Origin: Candidatus Methanomethylophilaceae archaeon
GTDB taxonomy: Archaea > Thermoplasmatota > Thermoplasmata > Methanomassiliicoccales > Methanomethylophilaceae
Assembly: GCA_017461225.1 (NCBI GenBank)
Contig: JAFTYV010000021.1
Location: 46,556-110,555, forward strand
Length of the DNA: 64,000 nt
Direction of reading: 5' to 3'
The notes under the pieces are model-generated. The model saw nothing but the letters and a program-made list of their open reading frames with translations, was not told the DNA's origin and did not search any database. Below are positions 28,100 through 37,759 of the stretch, piece after piece (position 1 is the first letter of the stretch; each line of letters begins with the position of its first letter). A program made the translations under genes and the position numbers.

Positions 28100-29331
28100 T
28101 TCAATCCCCACTTCTCGAGGGCGAGCCTGAGCTCCCTGTGTGTCTCGGCGTACTCCTGCACGGGTACACCCTCGTATGCGGCGTCGACCGCCTGGCACAT
28201 GGCCATCGCGCCTCCCCTGACCCCGTCCGGATGTCCGGCGACACCGCCTCCGGCCTGGATCTGGACGTTGAATCCGGAACGCTCCACTATGGCCCCGACC
28301 ACACCGGGGTACACCCCTCCGGAGCACACGGGCATCATGCCCCTGTACGGGACGTCGTCCCCGAGGCACGCACCCAGGTTGCTGTCCTCGTGGACGTCGG
28401 CGGACATCTTGCCCGCGCCCAGGGTGCCTATGTGGAGCGCGTCCCCTCCGCACATGCGGACGAGCTTGGTGAACGGCAGCATCGCCACACCGTGCAGGGG
28501 GTTCTTGGTGATCGCCCCGTGCATCGTCCTGTGCACGTGTATCGGCACCTTTATCGACGGATCCTCAGCGAGGGCCTGAACCGCGGAGAAACCGCATGTG
28601 ATGACATCGACCATGATCTGCCTGGCCCCCCATGACTGCACCCTCTCGGCCAGCTCCACTATCCTGTCCGTGCGGGCGCTCACGTTGATGGCGTGGATCA
28701 TCCTGTGGCCCTCCTCCTCGAGACGGTCCAGGACCTCGGACACCATGACCGTCCTGTCCTCTATGGGGCAGAACGCCTGGTCCACGAGGGTCTCGTCGTC
28801 CTTGGAGTTGGTGAGCCCGCCGGAACCTGCCTCGTACACGTACTGGGCGGTCCTCTCCGGGGACAGACCAATCTTCGGTTTGACTATGGTGCCCACCAGG
28901 GGCTTCTCGGGACGGTCCAGCATGCGCCTGATGCCCTCCGCACCGAACTTGGGCCCCTTGAACTGCGACGTGATCTCACGGGGGAACACGACGTCCTCCA
29001 GCCTCACCCCGTCGAGTGCGCCGAGTCCGAACAGGTTGCCCGCGATGACGCTGAGGATCTGCGGGACGGATCCGACCTCCACGCTGAAGTCCTCCACGGG
29101 GAACCCGACGGTGATGACATCACCGGAGATGTCCGTGACCCTGGCGCCGAGGCGCCCGATGATCTCCGGATCGAGTGTGGATATGCCCGTCCACGTGCCC
29201 GTGGACTGTTCCGCGGCTATGGCGTCGGCGGCCTTCTCGATGGGCAGTTTCGAAGTCACGCGGTATTTGCAGATGACGTATCTGTCGGGATCCACGGTCT
29301 CCCCCAGGTGAAGGTATGTGTAACCATCCAT
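28096..29331 (-). CDS. rbcL: RuBisCO large subunit, form III-like
   Basis: AAEQSTGTW, GN, GTIVKPKIG, KDDE, HVHRTMH, HIGT..GK, SGG, GGG..GHP: catalytic and substrate residues are present. Confidence 0.9.
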   Translation of the reverse strand: MDGYTYLHLGETVDPDRYVICKYRVTSKLPIEKAADAIAAEQSTGTWTGISTLDPEIIGRLGARVTDISGDVITVGFPVEDFSVEVGSVPQILSVIAGNLFGLGALDGVRLEDVVFPREITSQFKGPKFGAEGIRRMLDRPEKPLVGTIVKPKIGLSPERTAQYVYEAGSGGLTNSKDDETLVDQAFCPIEDRTVMVSEVLDRLEEEGHRMIHAINVSARTDRIVELAERVQSWGARQIMVDVITCGFSAVQALAEDPSIKVPIHVHRTMHGAITKNPLHGVAMLPFTKLVRMCGGDALHIGTLGAGKMSADVHEDSNLGACLGDDVPYRGMMPVCSGGVYPGVVGAIVERSGFNVQIQAGGGVAGHPDGVRGGAMAMCQAVDAAYEGVPVQEYAETHRELRLALEKWGLK

Positions 29332-29335
29332 GCGA

Positions 29336-30262
29336 TCATCCCCTCAGGATCTCGTCCCCGAACTGCCTGACCATTACGTCGTACACCGAACCCGGGGAGA
29401 TCATCCCGAGCTCGGTTATTATCGCGTCTATGTACCTTGCAGGCGTGCTGTCGAAGACGGGGTTGAATATCTTGACGGAGTCCGGGACCTCCCCTGGCCT
29501 CACGACCTCGGAGATGTCCCTCTCCTCTATGGTCACCATGTCCCCGTAGAGGGTCATCGGTGAGAACTTGTACGTCTCGCTGCAGACGTAGAACTGCACA
29601 CGGGCCTCATGGGCCGCCAGGGCCAACTGCGACGTACCGACCTTGTTGACGAGCGCCCCGTGGGAGGTCACGGTGTCCGCACCCACGAAGACCTTGTCCA
29701 CCCTCTTCATCACCGAGCGCACCGCACTGTCTATGATGAGCGTCGTGTCGATCCCCGCCGAGGCCAGGTCGTTCACCGTCAGTATCCCCTGCCTCCACGG
29801 ACGGGACTCGGTCGCGTAGACCCTTATGTCCTTCCCCTGCCTGTGGGCCTCCTTTATGACCCCCAGGGCGGCGCTGCTGTTGCAGTGCGTCAGGATGGTG
29901 TCCCCGTCGGAGATCCTCTTGGCGCCTATGCGGGCGATCTCCTCCACCGCCGTCAGGGACCTCCTGACGAAATCCTCCGAGTTGGACACGACGAGTTCCC
30001 GGGCATCGGCCACGGACCTGCAGCCGTCGACACCCCTCAGGGTGGCATGGACCCCGTTCCACAGGGACACGGCCGTGGGCCTCGACGCCAGGATGGTGTC
30101 CCTGGCGAGGGCCAGTTCGGAGATGAAGGCGTCCACGTCGGACCCAGCGTATTCGCGCGCCATGTCGCCCAGGGCGGTAGATCCCGCACGGGCGATCCTG
30201 CCCGCACCGCGGATCGTCATGTCGCGTATCTTGCCTGCCGTATCGGATACTGCTGTGTGCAC
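29336..30262 (-). CDS. Ribose-1,5-bisphosphate isomerase (eIF2B family)
   Basis: IRGAGRIA, SRPTAVSL, LTHCNS, ESRP..QG, VGADTV, NKVGT, NPVFDSTP. Start GTG 30262. Confidence 0.92.
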   Translation of the reverse strand: MHTAVSDTAGKIRDMTIRGAGRIARAGSTALGDMAREYAGSDVDAFISELALARDTILASRPTAVSLWNGVHATLRGVDGCRSVADARELVVSNSEDFVRRSLTAVEEIARIGAKRISDGDTILTHCNSSAALGVIKEAHRQGKDIRVYATESRPWRQGILTVNDLASAGIDTTLIIDSAVRSVMKRVDKVFVGADTVTSHGALVNKVGTSQLALAAHEARVQFYVCSETYKFSPMTLYGDMVTIEERDISEVVRPGEVPDSVKIFNPVFDSTPARYIDAIITELGMISPGSVYDVMVRQFGDEILRG

Positions 30263-30284
30263 GCGGGACAATCCATCTGCGTGG

Positions 30285-30291
30285 TTAAATA
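30285..30291 (-). promoter_or_regulatory. Probable TATA box of the AMP-salvage operon (leaderless)
   Basis: Minus strand TATTTAA about 23 nt upstream of GTG 30262. Confidence 0.5.
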
Positions 30292-30333
30292 GGGAACAGG
30301 TGGGACATTCGGAGGACGGGGGACACCCGTCCG

Positions 30334-30825
30334 TCACACCAGGATGACGGAGCGCACCAGTGCCCTGGCGGCATCGATCCCGTACGAGAGGTACATAGCG
30401 GCGACTATCGCCTCGAAGCAGTCGGCGCGCATGTTCTCCTCCACGACCTTGGCGCCACCCACCACGTGGCCTCCCCCCACACGCATGACGGAGTCTATGT
30501 CCATGCCACTGGCCAGGACGCGGTCCGAGACCATGCGGTTGGCGACCTTGTCCTGCTTGTAGTCGGTCATCGCCCCCTCCCGGAGGTCGGTGTCGGCGTA
30601 GACAGACTCGCACACGAGGAACTCCAGGACCGCGTCCCCCAGGAACTCCAGCCTCTCGTAGGATTCCAGGTGCACCGGCGGATTGCGGTCGGCCGCCTCG
30701 TTCGAATAGCTGTCGTGCGTGAGCGCCGTGCAGAAGAGTTCCAGCGCCTCCTTCGGGACACCCCTCAGGTTGAAGGGGGGACGTGCGAGGAACATGCGGA
30801 CATCCATCTCGAAATCGGTCTCCAT
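30334..30825 (-). CDS. rnc: RNase III catalytic domain protein lacking dsRBD
   Basis: ALTHDS, ERLEFLGDAVL signature, ADCFEA; ends right after the nuclease domain. Confidence 0.85.
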   Translation of the reverse strand: METDFEMDVRMFLARPPFNLRGVPKEALELFCTALTHDSYSNEAADRNPPVHLESYERLEFLGDAVLEFLVCESVYADTDLREGAMTDYKQDKVANRMVSDRVLASGMDIDSVMRVGGGHVVGGAKVVEENMRADCFEAIVAAMYLSYGIDAARALVRSVILV

Positions 30826-30916
30826 CGGGGGTGTATCCGGAGAGGTCCATTTAGCCGTGTTGGGTGCGCGTGCGTGCACAGGATACATATTTTTACGACC
30901 GCGCACATGTCAGGGC

Positions 30917-32422
30917 ATGGCCGGCAAGAAGCGTGTGAGGATGAGGGGGGTCAAACACTCCACCAAGAGAATGGAGGACGAGCTCCTGGAGCGTTCCAGG
31001 ACCCTCGCGGACAACCCCGGACTGCTCAGACCGCAATGCGCCGGCAACTGCAGGAAGTGCGTTTTCGACAAGCCGTTCAAGGAGATCGATGCGCTCCAGA
31101 AGATACGCGACAACCCGGATGCCCTCATAAAGGCCGCCTCCAAGTTCGGAGGGGGCGACATCGTCAGGGCCTACGCGGGAACCATATCCCTCGCGGCGGC
31201 GGGGTCCGTACCGCTCCTCGGTACCGCATCCCTCGGAGGGGAGAAGGTCTCCTATGCGGTCAGGGGATCCGTGGGCGCGGACAAGCTCATCGGCTGCCAG
31301 TACCACACCGATCCGAAGATCAGGCTCCTGCTCTACAACCAGGTCATCAAGAAGCACAAGCTCCATCTGTACTCCTTCGGGGAGGATGTCGTGTGCTCGG
31401 ACAAACCCAACATGCCCGAGGACTACCTCTACGACACGTTCTGGGAGACCCCCTACGAGTTCCCGGACGACGGTCTCCAGTGCGGACACCCATCGTCGGC
31501 CACCTTGGAGATCGAGGTGGTCTCACTCGGCCAATCGGTGAAGATATGCGAGAGCTGCGCGAAGGACGTGTCCACCGTGCAGTACCTGATCTCCAGACTG
31601 TCCGCGGTCGATCCGGTCGACGACCTCAGGGTGAGGGTCAGGCACAGGTACCACTCCGAGGGGGAGAAGGACTACGTGGACGTGGACGGGGACCTCCTCA
31701 GGAAGTACGTCTCCGGGGAGCTCAGGGACAACACCCTCATCTCCACCGTCAAGAAGACCAAACTCGGGGACCTCAAGGATGCCGGTACATCGACGTACAT
31801 CATAGGCAGGGAGAACTACGGTTCGTCCCTGGATTCCTTCATGTCCGCCCTCTCCGGAGGGGAGAGGGAGCTGAACACGATCAGGGCGTTCCTGTCCTCC
31901 AACGACAGGGCCGTCGTCGTGAAGACCAACAGGGCGACGGAGGTCCTCTCGGTTCTGTGGGAGTCCGATTGGAAGGGGCTCATCGAGACCCACACGGATG
32001 CGGCGACCGCAGGCAAGGTCGGTGACCAATCGAGATCCCAACCGCTCGTTGCCCTGGAGAACGCGTACAACGTCTTCATCTCCGCCGATGTTGTCGCATC
32101 GCTCCCGGAGTTCCGCAGACCCGGGCCGGTGACCACCATATCGGACAAACTCGCCAAGGCGGTGAAGGTCGGCGGCACGGAGATGCTGCTGAAGACCGTC
32201 CAGGAGACTGGCCTGAAGGACAGCCGCTCCCGCAGCGTGTCCGCCGCGTTCGTGATGGCGACGGGTTGTGCGGAGATGCCGATCAAACTGACACCCAGCG
32301 AGAGGGAGTTCGCGGAGTACCTCTCACCATTCGCGGAAACCGTGATCGGATCCGAGGGAGAGGGTTACAGGGATGCCATGAACACCCTGCTCACAGCATC
32401 GAGTTCCGGTGAGAAGGTCTGA
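30917..32422 (+). CDS. Conserved hypothetical protein, Cys-rich
   Basis: 501-aa ORF with host-like codon usage; CAGNCRKC, CQYH, CGH and CESC motifs. Confidence 0.75.
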   Translation: MAGKKRVRMRGVKHSTKRMEDELLERSRTLADNPGLLRPQCAGNCRKCVFDKPFKEIDALQKIRDNPDALIKAASKFGGGDIVRAYAGTISLAAAGSVPLLGTASLGGEKVSYAVRGSVGADKLIGCQYHTDPKIRLLLYNQVIKKHKLHLYSFGEDVVCSDKPNMPEDYLYDTFWETPYEFPDDGLQCGHPSSATLEIEVVSLGQSVKICESCAKDVSTVQYLISRLSAVDPVDDLRVRVRHRYHSEGEKDYVDVDGDLLRKYVSGELRDNTLISTVKKTKLGDLKDAGTSTYIIGRENYGSSLDSFMSALSGGERELNTIRAFLSSNDRAVVVKTNRATEVLSVLWESDWKGLIETHTDAATAGKVGDQSRSQPLVALENAYNVFISADVVASLPEFRRPGPVTTISDKLAKAVKVGGTEMLLKTVQETGLKDSRSRSVSAAFVMATGCAEMPIKLTPSEREFAEYLSPFAETVIGSEGEGYRDAMNTLLTASSSGEKV

Positions 32423-33437
32423 TCCTCACATCCGCCACATAATGGGACACCGAGGGCGCGAAGGACTTCACCTCGCGCACGGAGAGGATCTCGTAACCGC
32501 CCTCCCCGCATGCATCGTCGAAGATGGAGCGGATGCGGTCCATGTACTCGCTGACGTAGAACGTGTCGTGGTAGTGGATCACACCACCGGGACGGATGAT
32601 CCTCAATGCAGTGTCCATGAACTCCGACGTTGTCTGCACGTACCCCATGAGGACACGGTCCGCGAACGCCCTCCCCCTGAGATGACGGTTGTCCCCCAGT
32701 ACGGGGATGACCGTGTCCGTCAGGCCGTTGTCGCGGATGTTCCTCACCAGGAACGCATAGGATTCGGGGTTCTTCTCACAGGCGAAGACACGTCTCGCCC
32801 CCGAGTACTTGGCCAGCGGGAGCGTGAAGTACCCTATCCCTGCGAACATGTCCACGACGGTCTCACCCGAGCAGTCCTGCATCCTCATCCTCATGCGCTC
32901 GTCCGTGTTGCCGGATGCGAACATCACCTTGGTCACATCGAAGCCGTACCTGATGCCGTTCTCCAGACGCACGGACTCCGTGTCCGTGCCGTACAGCACC
33001 CGCATGCTCGGTCTCCTGAACTCGCCCGACACCCCCTTGGTGTCGGCACAGACTGTCTTGGCACCGAGGACCTCCGCGTAGACCCTGCCGATGAGCTCCG
33101 AGTACGGGAGACAGCGGGGGTCCAGACGCAGGATGATTATGTCTCCGACGGACTCCCAGCGGTCGGGCAGGATGCCCACCAGATCGGGATGATCCGCGAA
33201 CCTGGCGGCTATCCTCTCCTGGGGGCTGCGCCTGTCCAGGGTGTGGGCATCGCCCTCCCCCATCTCGAACCCCATGGCCCCGACGGTGTCGATGTGCTCC
33301 GGGAGGATGGGGACCGTGCGGAAACCGTCCACCTTGCCGATCTTGGCATGGCGGTCCACGTAACCCGCATCCATCAGCGTCCTGATGTGCTGCCCGGCGG
33401 CGTCCGCCGGAACCTTAGCGAAGATTACACGTCTCAT
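32391..33437 (-). CDS. Taw2/TYW2-like SAM-dependent tRNA wyosine enzyme (Trm5/TYW2 family)
   Basis: ENGIRYGFD, MFASGN, VDMFAGIGYF, VLMGY, IHYH. Confidence 0.8.
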   Translation of the reverse strand: MRRVIFAKVPADAAGQHIRTLMDAGYVDRHAKIGKVDGFRTVPILPEHIDTVGAMGFEMGEGDAHTLDRRSPQERIAARFADHPDLVGILPDRWESVGDIIILRLDPRCLPYSELIGRVYAEVLGAKTVCADTKGVSGEFRRPSMRVLYGTDTESVRLENGIRYGFDVTKVMFASGNTDERMRMRMQDCSGETVVDMFAGIGYFTLPLAKYSGARRVFACEKNPESYAFLVRNIRDNGLTDTVIPVLGDNRHLRGRAFADRVLMGYVQTTSEFMDTALRIIRPGGVIHYHDTFYVSEYMDRIRSIFDDACGEGGYEILSVREVKSFAPSVSHYVADVRIRPSHRNSML

Positions 33438-34576
33438 AGTATGCACCTGATGAACAGGGGTACCGCGGCGAGGAGTGCCCGGGGCCTCCTCAGCATGGCC
33501 CCGACCACCCTGCTGGGGTGGTCCAGGTCTATGTCGTCAAGGAGCGAGCGGACATCGTCCCTCGATGCGAACCCTCCCGCACGGACCAGGTCGGCATCGT
33601 CCAGACGGGTGAACATCCTGCGGAGCGTGTATCCCCAGGACAGTTCACGTCCCACCTGGGACCTCCATCCGCGTTCGTATGCCGAGAGGTTCGATTCCGA
33701 GAGGTCGTCGGCATCGAGAGCCGACGACAGGACGCGGCAGAGATGCGGCACGGTCTCGAACGTGGGGTGGAGACCTCCTCCCGAGACCGGTTTGACCAGC
33801 CCCGCGGCGTCACCGGTGAGCAGGCAGCGCTCGCCGTACGTCCTGGGACGGCCGCCGACGGGGATCTTGCCACTGTACATGCGGAGGATACGGTCCTCGG
33901 CACCCATCCTGCGGAGATGCGCGGAGAGGTACGGGTACGGGGGTCCGGCGGACCACGATGTGCACAGCCCCACACGGACGAAGTCACCACAGGGGATCTC
34001 CCATGTGAAGAAGCCGGGGGCGTACTCGGAACCGAGGTGGATGGTGAAGAGGTCGTCATGGACGGATTCCATGCGGACATCGGCCTGTATGCCGCGGAGG
34101 TACTCCCTCGGGCCGTTGTCACCGAGGGTCATCGCGACCCTCGAGCTGTGACCGTCGGCCCCCACAATCGCCCTGGCGTCGAGGGAACCCGATGACGATG
34201 AGACCGTGACACGGTCCCCGACCGTGTGGCCTGTGTAGCGTTCACCGTACCTGTACTCCGCCCCTGCGGACACAGCGGCGTCGGCCATCCTGCCGTCGAG
34301 ATCGGCACGGTCGACGACGACCGCCTTCGGAGCCTTGGAACGGACGATGACCGAGGTCCCGTCCGGGAAGAAGACCTCAGCTCCGTGAAGTGTGTTTAGG
34401 ATGTCCGGATCCACTCCGGACATCCTGATGACATCGGGACTCAGTAGTCCCGCGCACTGGACCGGTGTGCCGGAGGAGCCGTGCTCCTCCAACACGACCA
34501 CGTCGTGTCGCGGTGCGAGGTTCCTGGCGACAAGGCTGCCGGCCGGCCCCCCGCCTACGACCACGACGTCGTGCAT
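33434..34576 (-). CDS. Geranylgeranyl reductase family FAD oxidoreductase (paralog 2)
   Basis: VVGGGPAG, PVQCAG, FFTWEIP, GDAAGLVKPVSGGG. Start MHDVVVV at 34576. Confidence 0.85.
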   Translation of the reverse strand: MHDVVVVGGGPAGSLVARNLAPRHDVVVLEEHGSSGTPVQCAGLLSPDVIRMSGVDPDILNTLHGAEVFFPDGTSVIVRSKAPKAVVVDRADLDGRMADAAVSAGAEYRYGERYTGHTVGDRVTVSSSSGSLDARAIVGADGHSSRVAMTLGDNGPREYLRGIQADVRMESVHDDLFTIHLGSEYAPGFFTWEIPCGDFVRVGLCTSWSAGPPYPYLSAHLRRMGAEDRILRMYSGKIPVGGRPRTYGERCLLTGDAAGLVKPVSGGGLHPTFETVPHLCRVLSSALDADDLSESNLSAYERGWRSQVGRELSWGYTLRRMFTRLDDADLVRAGGFASRDDVRSLLDDIDLDHPSRVVGAMLRRPRALLAAVPLFIRCIL

Positions 34577-34581
34577 CACGC

Positions 34582-35229
34582 TCAGTCCTTCTTGGACTTC
34601 TCGTAGTCCGCGATGAACTTCTGGATGCCCTCGTCGGTCTTGGGGTGCTTGACCATCAGCTTGAGGGTGTCGTAGGGGATGGTCGCGATGTCGCATCCGA
34701 CGAGTGCGGAGTCGAGGACGTGTGCGGGTCCGCGGATGGATGCTGCGATGACCTCGGTCTCGAATCCGTAGTTCTCGAATATGCTGACGATCTGTCCGAC
34801 GAGGTCGCCGCCGTACTGTCCGATGTCGTCGAGACGTCCGATGAAGGGCGAGACGAACGCCGCGCCGGCCTTGGCGGCCAGGAGCGCCTGGAGCGGGGAG
34901 AAGATCAGGGTCACGTTGACCTTGATGCCCTCGGAAGACAGGATCTTCGTCGCCTTGAGGGTCTCGACGCACATGGGGAGCTTGACGTTGATGTTGGGGT
35001 GGATCTTCGCGAGCTCGCGTCCCTCCGCGACCATCTCGTCGGCGGTCATGGACATGGCCTCTGCGGAGATGGGTCCGTCGACGATCTCGGCGATCTCCCT
35101 GACACGGGTCCTGACGTCCACGCCCTCCTTGGCGATGAGGCTGGGGTTGGTGGTCACACCGTCGAGGATCCCCCAGCTGTTGATCTCCCTGATCATGTCC
35201 AGATTCGCAGTATCGATGAATATCTTCAT
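34582..35229 (-). CDS. Transaldolase / fructose-6-phosphate aldolase
   Basis: [43 protein letters not shown]. Confidence 0.94.
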   Translation of the reverse strand: MKIFIDTANLDMIREINSWGILDGVTTNPSLIAKEGVDVRTRVREIAEIVDGPISAEAMSMTADEMVAEGRELAKIHPNINVKLPMCVETLKATKILSSEGIKVNVTLIFSPLQALLAAKAGAAFVSPFIGRLDDIGQYGGDLVGQIVSIFENYGFETEVIAASIRGPAHVLDSALVGCDIATIPYDTLKLMVKHPKTDEGIQKFIADYEKSKKD

Positions 35230-35233
35230 TTTC

Positions 35234-36178
35234 TCAAGCCTTCCTTGAAATCGATTTCTTGGCTGCCGTGACGATGTCGTCCGCGGTCAGACCGTATTTG
35301 ACCATGAGCTGTGCCGGGGAACCGGATTCTCCGAAGGTGTCCCTGGTGCCGACCCTCTCGAGGGGGGCGCACAGGGACTCCGACAGGCACTCCGCGACCG
35401 CCGATCCGAGACCGCCGATCACGCTGTGCTCCTCAGCGGTCACACAGCATCCCGTCTTGGAGACCGAGGACACTACGGCCTCGGAGTCCAGGGGTTTTAT
35501 GGTGGCCATGTTCACGACCTCCGCGGAGATTCCCTCCGCTGCGAGGATGTCGGCGGCCTCCAGACAGGATGAGACCATCTGGCCGCATCCGATGAGGGTC
35601 ACATCGGAACCCTCCCTGAGGACCGTGGCCCTCCCGATGACGAACTCCGCACCCTCGGGGGTGATCGTGTCGAACTCGGCACGACCCATCCTCATGTAGA
35701 CGGGGCCGTCGTAATCCGCTATCGCCCTCGTGGCGGCGTACGCCTCGTACGCGTCCGCGGGTGCGATGACGGTCATGTTGGGGAGCGAACGCATGATGGA
35801 TATGTCCTCGAGCGCCTGATGGGACGCCCCGTCCTCACCCACGCTGATCCCGCAGTGTGTGGCGACGATCTTCACGTTGAGCCTCGGGTACGCGACGGCC
35901 AGCCTGATCTGCTCCCAGCACCTTCCGGTGGCGAACACCCCGAACGTCGATGCGAAGGCGGTCTTCCCGGATGCGGCGAGACCGGCCGCTATACCGACCA
36001 TGTTCTGCTCCGCGATGCCGACCTCCACGAACCTCTCGGGGCACACCTTCTGGAAATCGGAGGTCTTGGTCGATCCGGCGAGGTCCGCGTCGAGGACGAC
36101 GATGTCGTCCCTCTCGGACGCGAGGTCCGCCAGTGCCTTGCCGTAGTAGTTGCGCTGTGCGAGTTTCTTTCCGCTCAC
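35234..36178 (-). CDS. Transketolase C-terminal subunit
   Basis: [36 protein letters not shown] start with GGAGGT SD. Confidence 0.93.
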   Translation of the reverse strand: MSGKKLAQRNYYGKALADLASERDDIVVLDADLAGSTKTSDFQKVCPERFVEVGIAEQNMVGIAAGLAASGKTAFASTFGVFATGRCWEQIRLAVAYPRLNVKIVATHCGISVGEDGASHQALEDISIMRSLPNMTVIAPADAYEAYAATRAIADYDGPVYMRMGRAEFDTITPEGAEFVIGRATVLREGSDVTLIGCGQMVSSCLEAADILAAEGISAEVVNMATIKPLDSEAVVSSVSKTGCCVTAEEHSVIGGLGSAVAECLSESLCAPLERVGTRDTFGESGSPAQLMVKYGLTADDIVTAAKKSISRKA

Positions 36179-37002
36179 TGTATGACCTCCCTGAGCTCCT
36201 GGACCGCCTTGGCGTACTCCTCGTCGTTGCATGCCCTTCCGTGGAACCCGGCGTTGTTCTCCATGAAAGACACGCCCTTGCCCTTCACGGTGTCCATTAT
36301 GATCACCGTGGGTCTGGAGGACGTCCTCGCCTTCTCGAGTGCCTCCACCACCTGCCTCATGCTGTGGCCCTTGATCATGAGCATGTTCCAACCGAACGCC
36401 TTCCACTTCTCCGGGAGGGGCTCCAGGCCCACGGCCCCCTCGGTGTTGCCCGTGATCTGGAGGTGGTTGCGGTCCACGATCGCGACGAGGTTGTTCAGCC
36501 CGTTCTGGCGGGCGAACATGGCGGCCTCCCAGTTCTGTCCGGACTGGAGCTCCCCGTCGCCGAGGAGGCAGTACGTCATGTAGTCCTTGCCGTCCATCTT
36601 GCCGGCGAGTGCTATGCCGCACGCCATGCTGAGTCCCTGTCCGAGGGACCCCGTGGACATCTCCACACCGGGGACCTTGCCGCGGACCGGGTGGCCCTGC
36701 AGCATCGACCCCATCTTCCTGAGCGAGACGAGCTCGTCGACGGGGAAGTAGCCGCTCTCCGCGAGGGCCGCGTAGAGCACGGGGGCGACGTGTCCCTTCG
36801 AGAGGACGAACCTGTCCCTGTCCTCCCATGCGGGGTTGGTCGGGTCGTGCCTCATCACGCGGAAGTACAGTGCCGCCATGAGGTCGGATGCGGACAGCGA
36901 TCCTCCGGGGTGTCCGGACTTCGCCGCGTACGTCATCTCCACGACGTGCAGTTTGAGCTTGTTCGAGATGTTCTCGAGTTCGGCGATGCTGGTGTCGCTC
37001 AT
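36175..37002 (-). CDS. Transketolase N-terminal subunit
   Basis: GHPGGSLS, DRFVLSKGH, STGSLGQG, GDGELQSG TPP motif, KGKG. Confidence 0.94.
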   Translation of the reverse strand: MSDTSIAELENISNKLKLHVVEMTYAAKSGHPGGSLSASDLMAALYFRVMRHDPTNPAWEDRDRFVLSKGHVAPVLYAALAESGYFPVDELVSLRKMGSMLQGHPVRGKVPGVEMSTGSLGQGLSMACGIALAGKMDGKDYMTYCLLGDGELQSGQNWEAAMFARQNGLNNLVAIVDRNHLQITGNTEGAVGLEPLPEKWKAFGWNMLMIKGHSMRQVVEALEKARTSSRPTVIIMDTVKGKGVSFMENNAGFHGRACNDEEYAKAVQELREVIQ

Positions 37003-37007
37003 CTGAA

Positions 37008-37745
37008 TCACTCGCTCTCGATCCTGGGTGCGAGGAGGTAGTTGACCTTCGCGTTCCCGTCCGCGAGTCCGAAGAGGAGCTTCACAGGGTAGTCGTTGTC
37101 CAGCTCTATGTTGACCATCGTACCGGAGGGGACCGCTTTGACGATGTTCGAGAAGTAGTCCAGAGGGAACATGCTGCAGACCTCGGAGTCCGTGTCGAGT
37201 GCGGGCAGCACATCCTTGCCCAGTCTGAGGCTGACGGAGTCCGTGTCCCCCTCGCAGGAGAGCTCGAAGTAGTCCGCTCCCGCCTTGAGGGTGATGTGGT
37301 CGGATATCGTGTCTGCGGCGCGTATGCCCTTCTGGAGCTCATCGACGGAGACCGATATGTTCGCCGTGAGGGACAGCTGGGGCACCTTGGGATCGCTCAT
37401 GCTGGAGGTGTCGACCAGGTTCATGCGCCTGGTGATGTTGCCCACCTTGAACACGAGCCTGCCGTGGGACTCGTCCTGCTCCATCCTGATCACGTCACCG
37501 GAGGATGCGAGCTTGAGGACACCCTTCACCTTGTCGAGGTCGAGTCCGATCTCGGAGTCTGTCGCCGTGAAGGACTCGAACGCTCCCTTGCCGACATCCA
37601 TCTCGATCATCGCGACGTGGGCCGCATCGACCGCCTTGAGGGTCATCCCCTCGGGGGTGATCGTGAACTTGACCTCGTCGATGAGCGTGGAGATGATGTT
37701 GACTATCCCCTTGAGGGTGTCCGACTTCAATTCTGCGCAGAACAT
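37008..37745 (-). CDS. pcn: DNA polymerase sliding clamp PCNA
   Basis: LIDEVKF, AVDAAHVAMI, FPLDYF, C-terminal LAPRIE. Start MFCAELK at 37745. Confidence 0.95.
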   Translation of the reverse strand: MFCAELKSDTLKGIVNIISTLIDEVKFTITPEGMTLKAVDAAHVAMIEMDVGKGAFESFTATDSEIGLDLDKVKGVLKLASSGDVIRMEQDESHGRLVFKVGNITRRMNLVDTSSMSDPKVPQLSLTANISVSVDELQKGIRAADTISDHITLKAGADYFELSCEGDTDSVSLRLGKDVLPALDTDSEVCSMFPLDYFSNIVKAVPSGTMVNIELDNDYPVKLLFGLADGNAKVNYLLAPRIESE

Positions 37746-37759
37746 GTGTCCCACCCCGA

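Noticed and set aside
28096-29331. Possibility that the protein is a RuBisCO-like protein (form IV)
   Set aside because: Catalytic residues and the loop-6 Lys are retained, and it is flanked by both AMP-pathway enzymes.
29336-30850. 504-aa ORF suggesting an N-terminally extended R15P isomerase
   Set aside because: The extension overlaps rnc in another frame and is low-complexity. A TATA-like box and GTG at 30262 give a normal-length protein.
33434-34972. 512-aa ORF suggesting an extended GGR
   Set aside because: The extra 5' part overlaps transaldolase in another frame, and the Rossmann motif starts at 34576.
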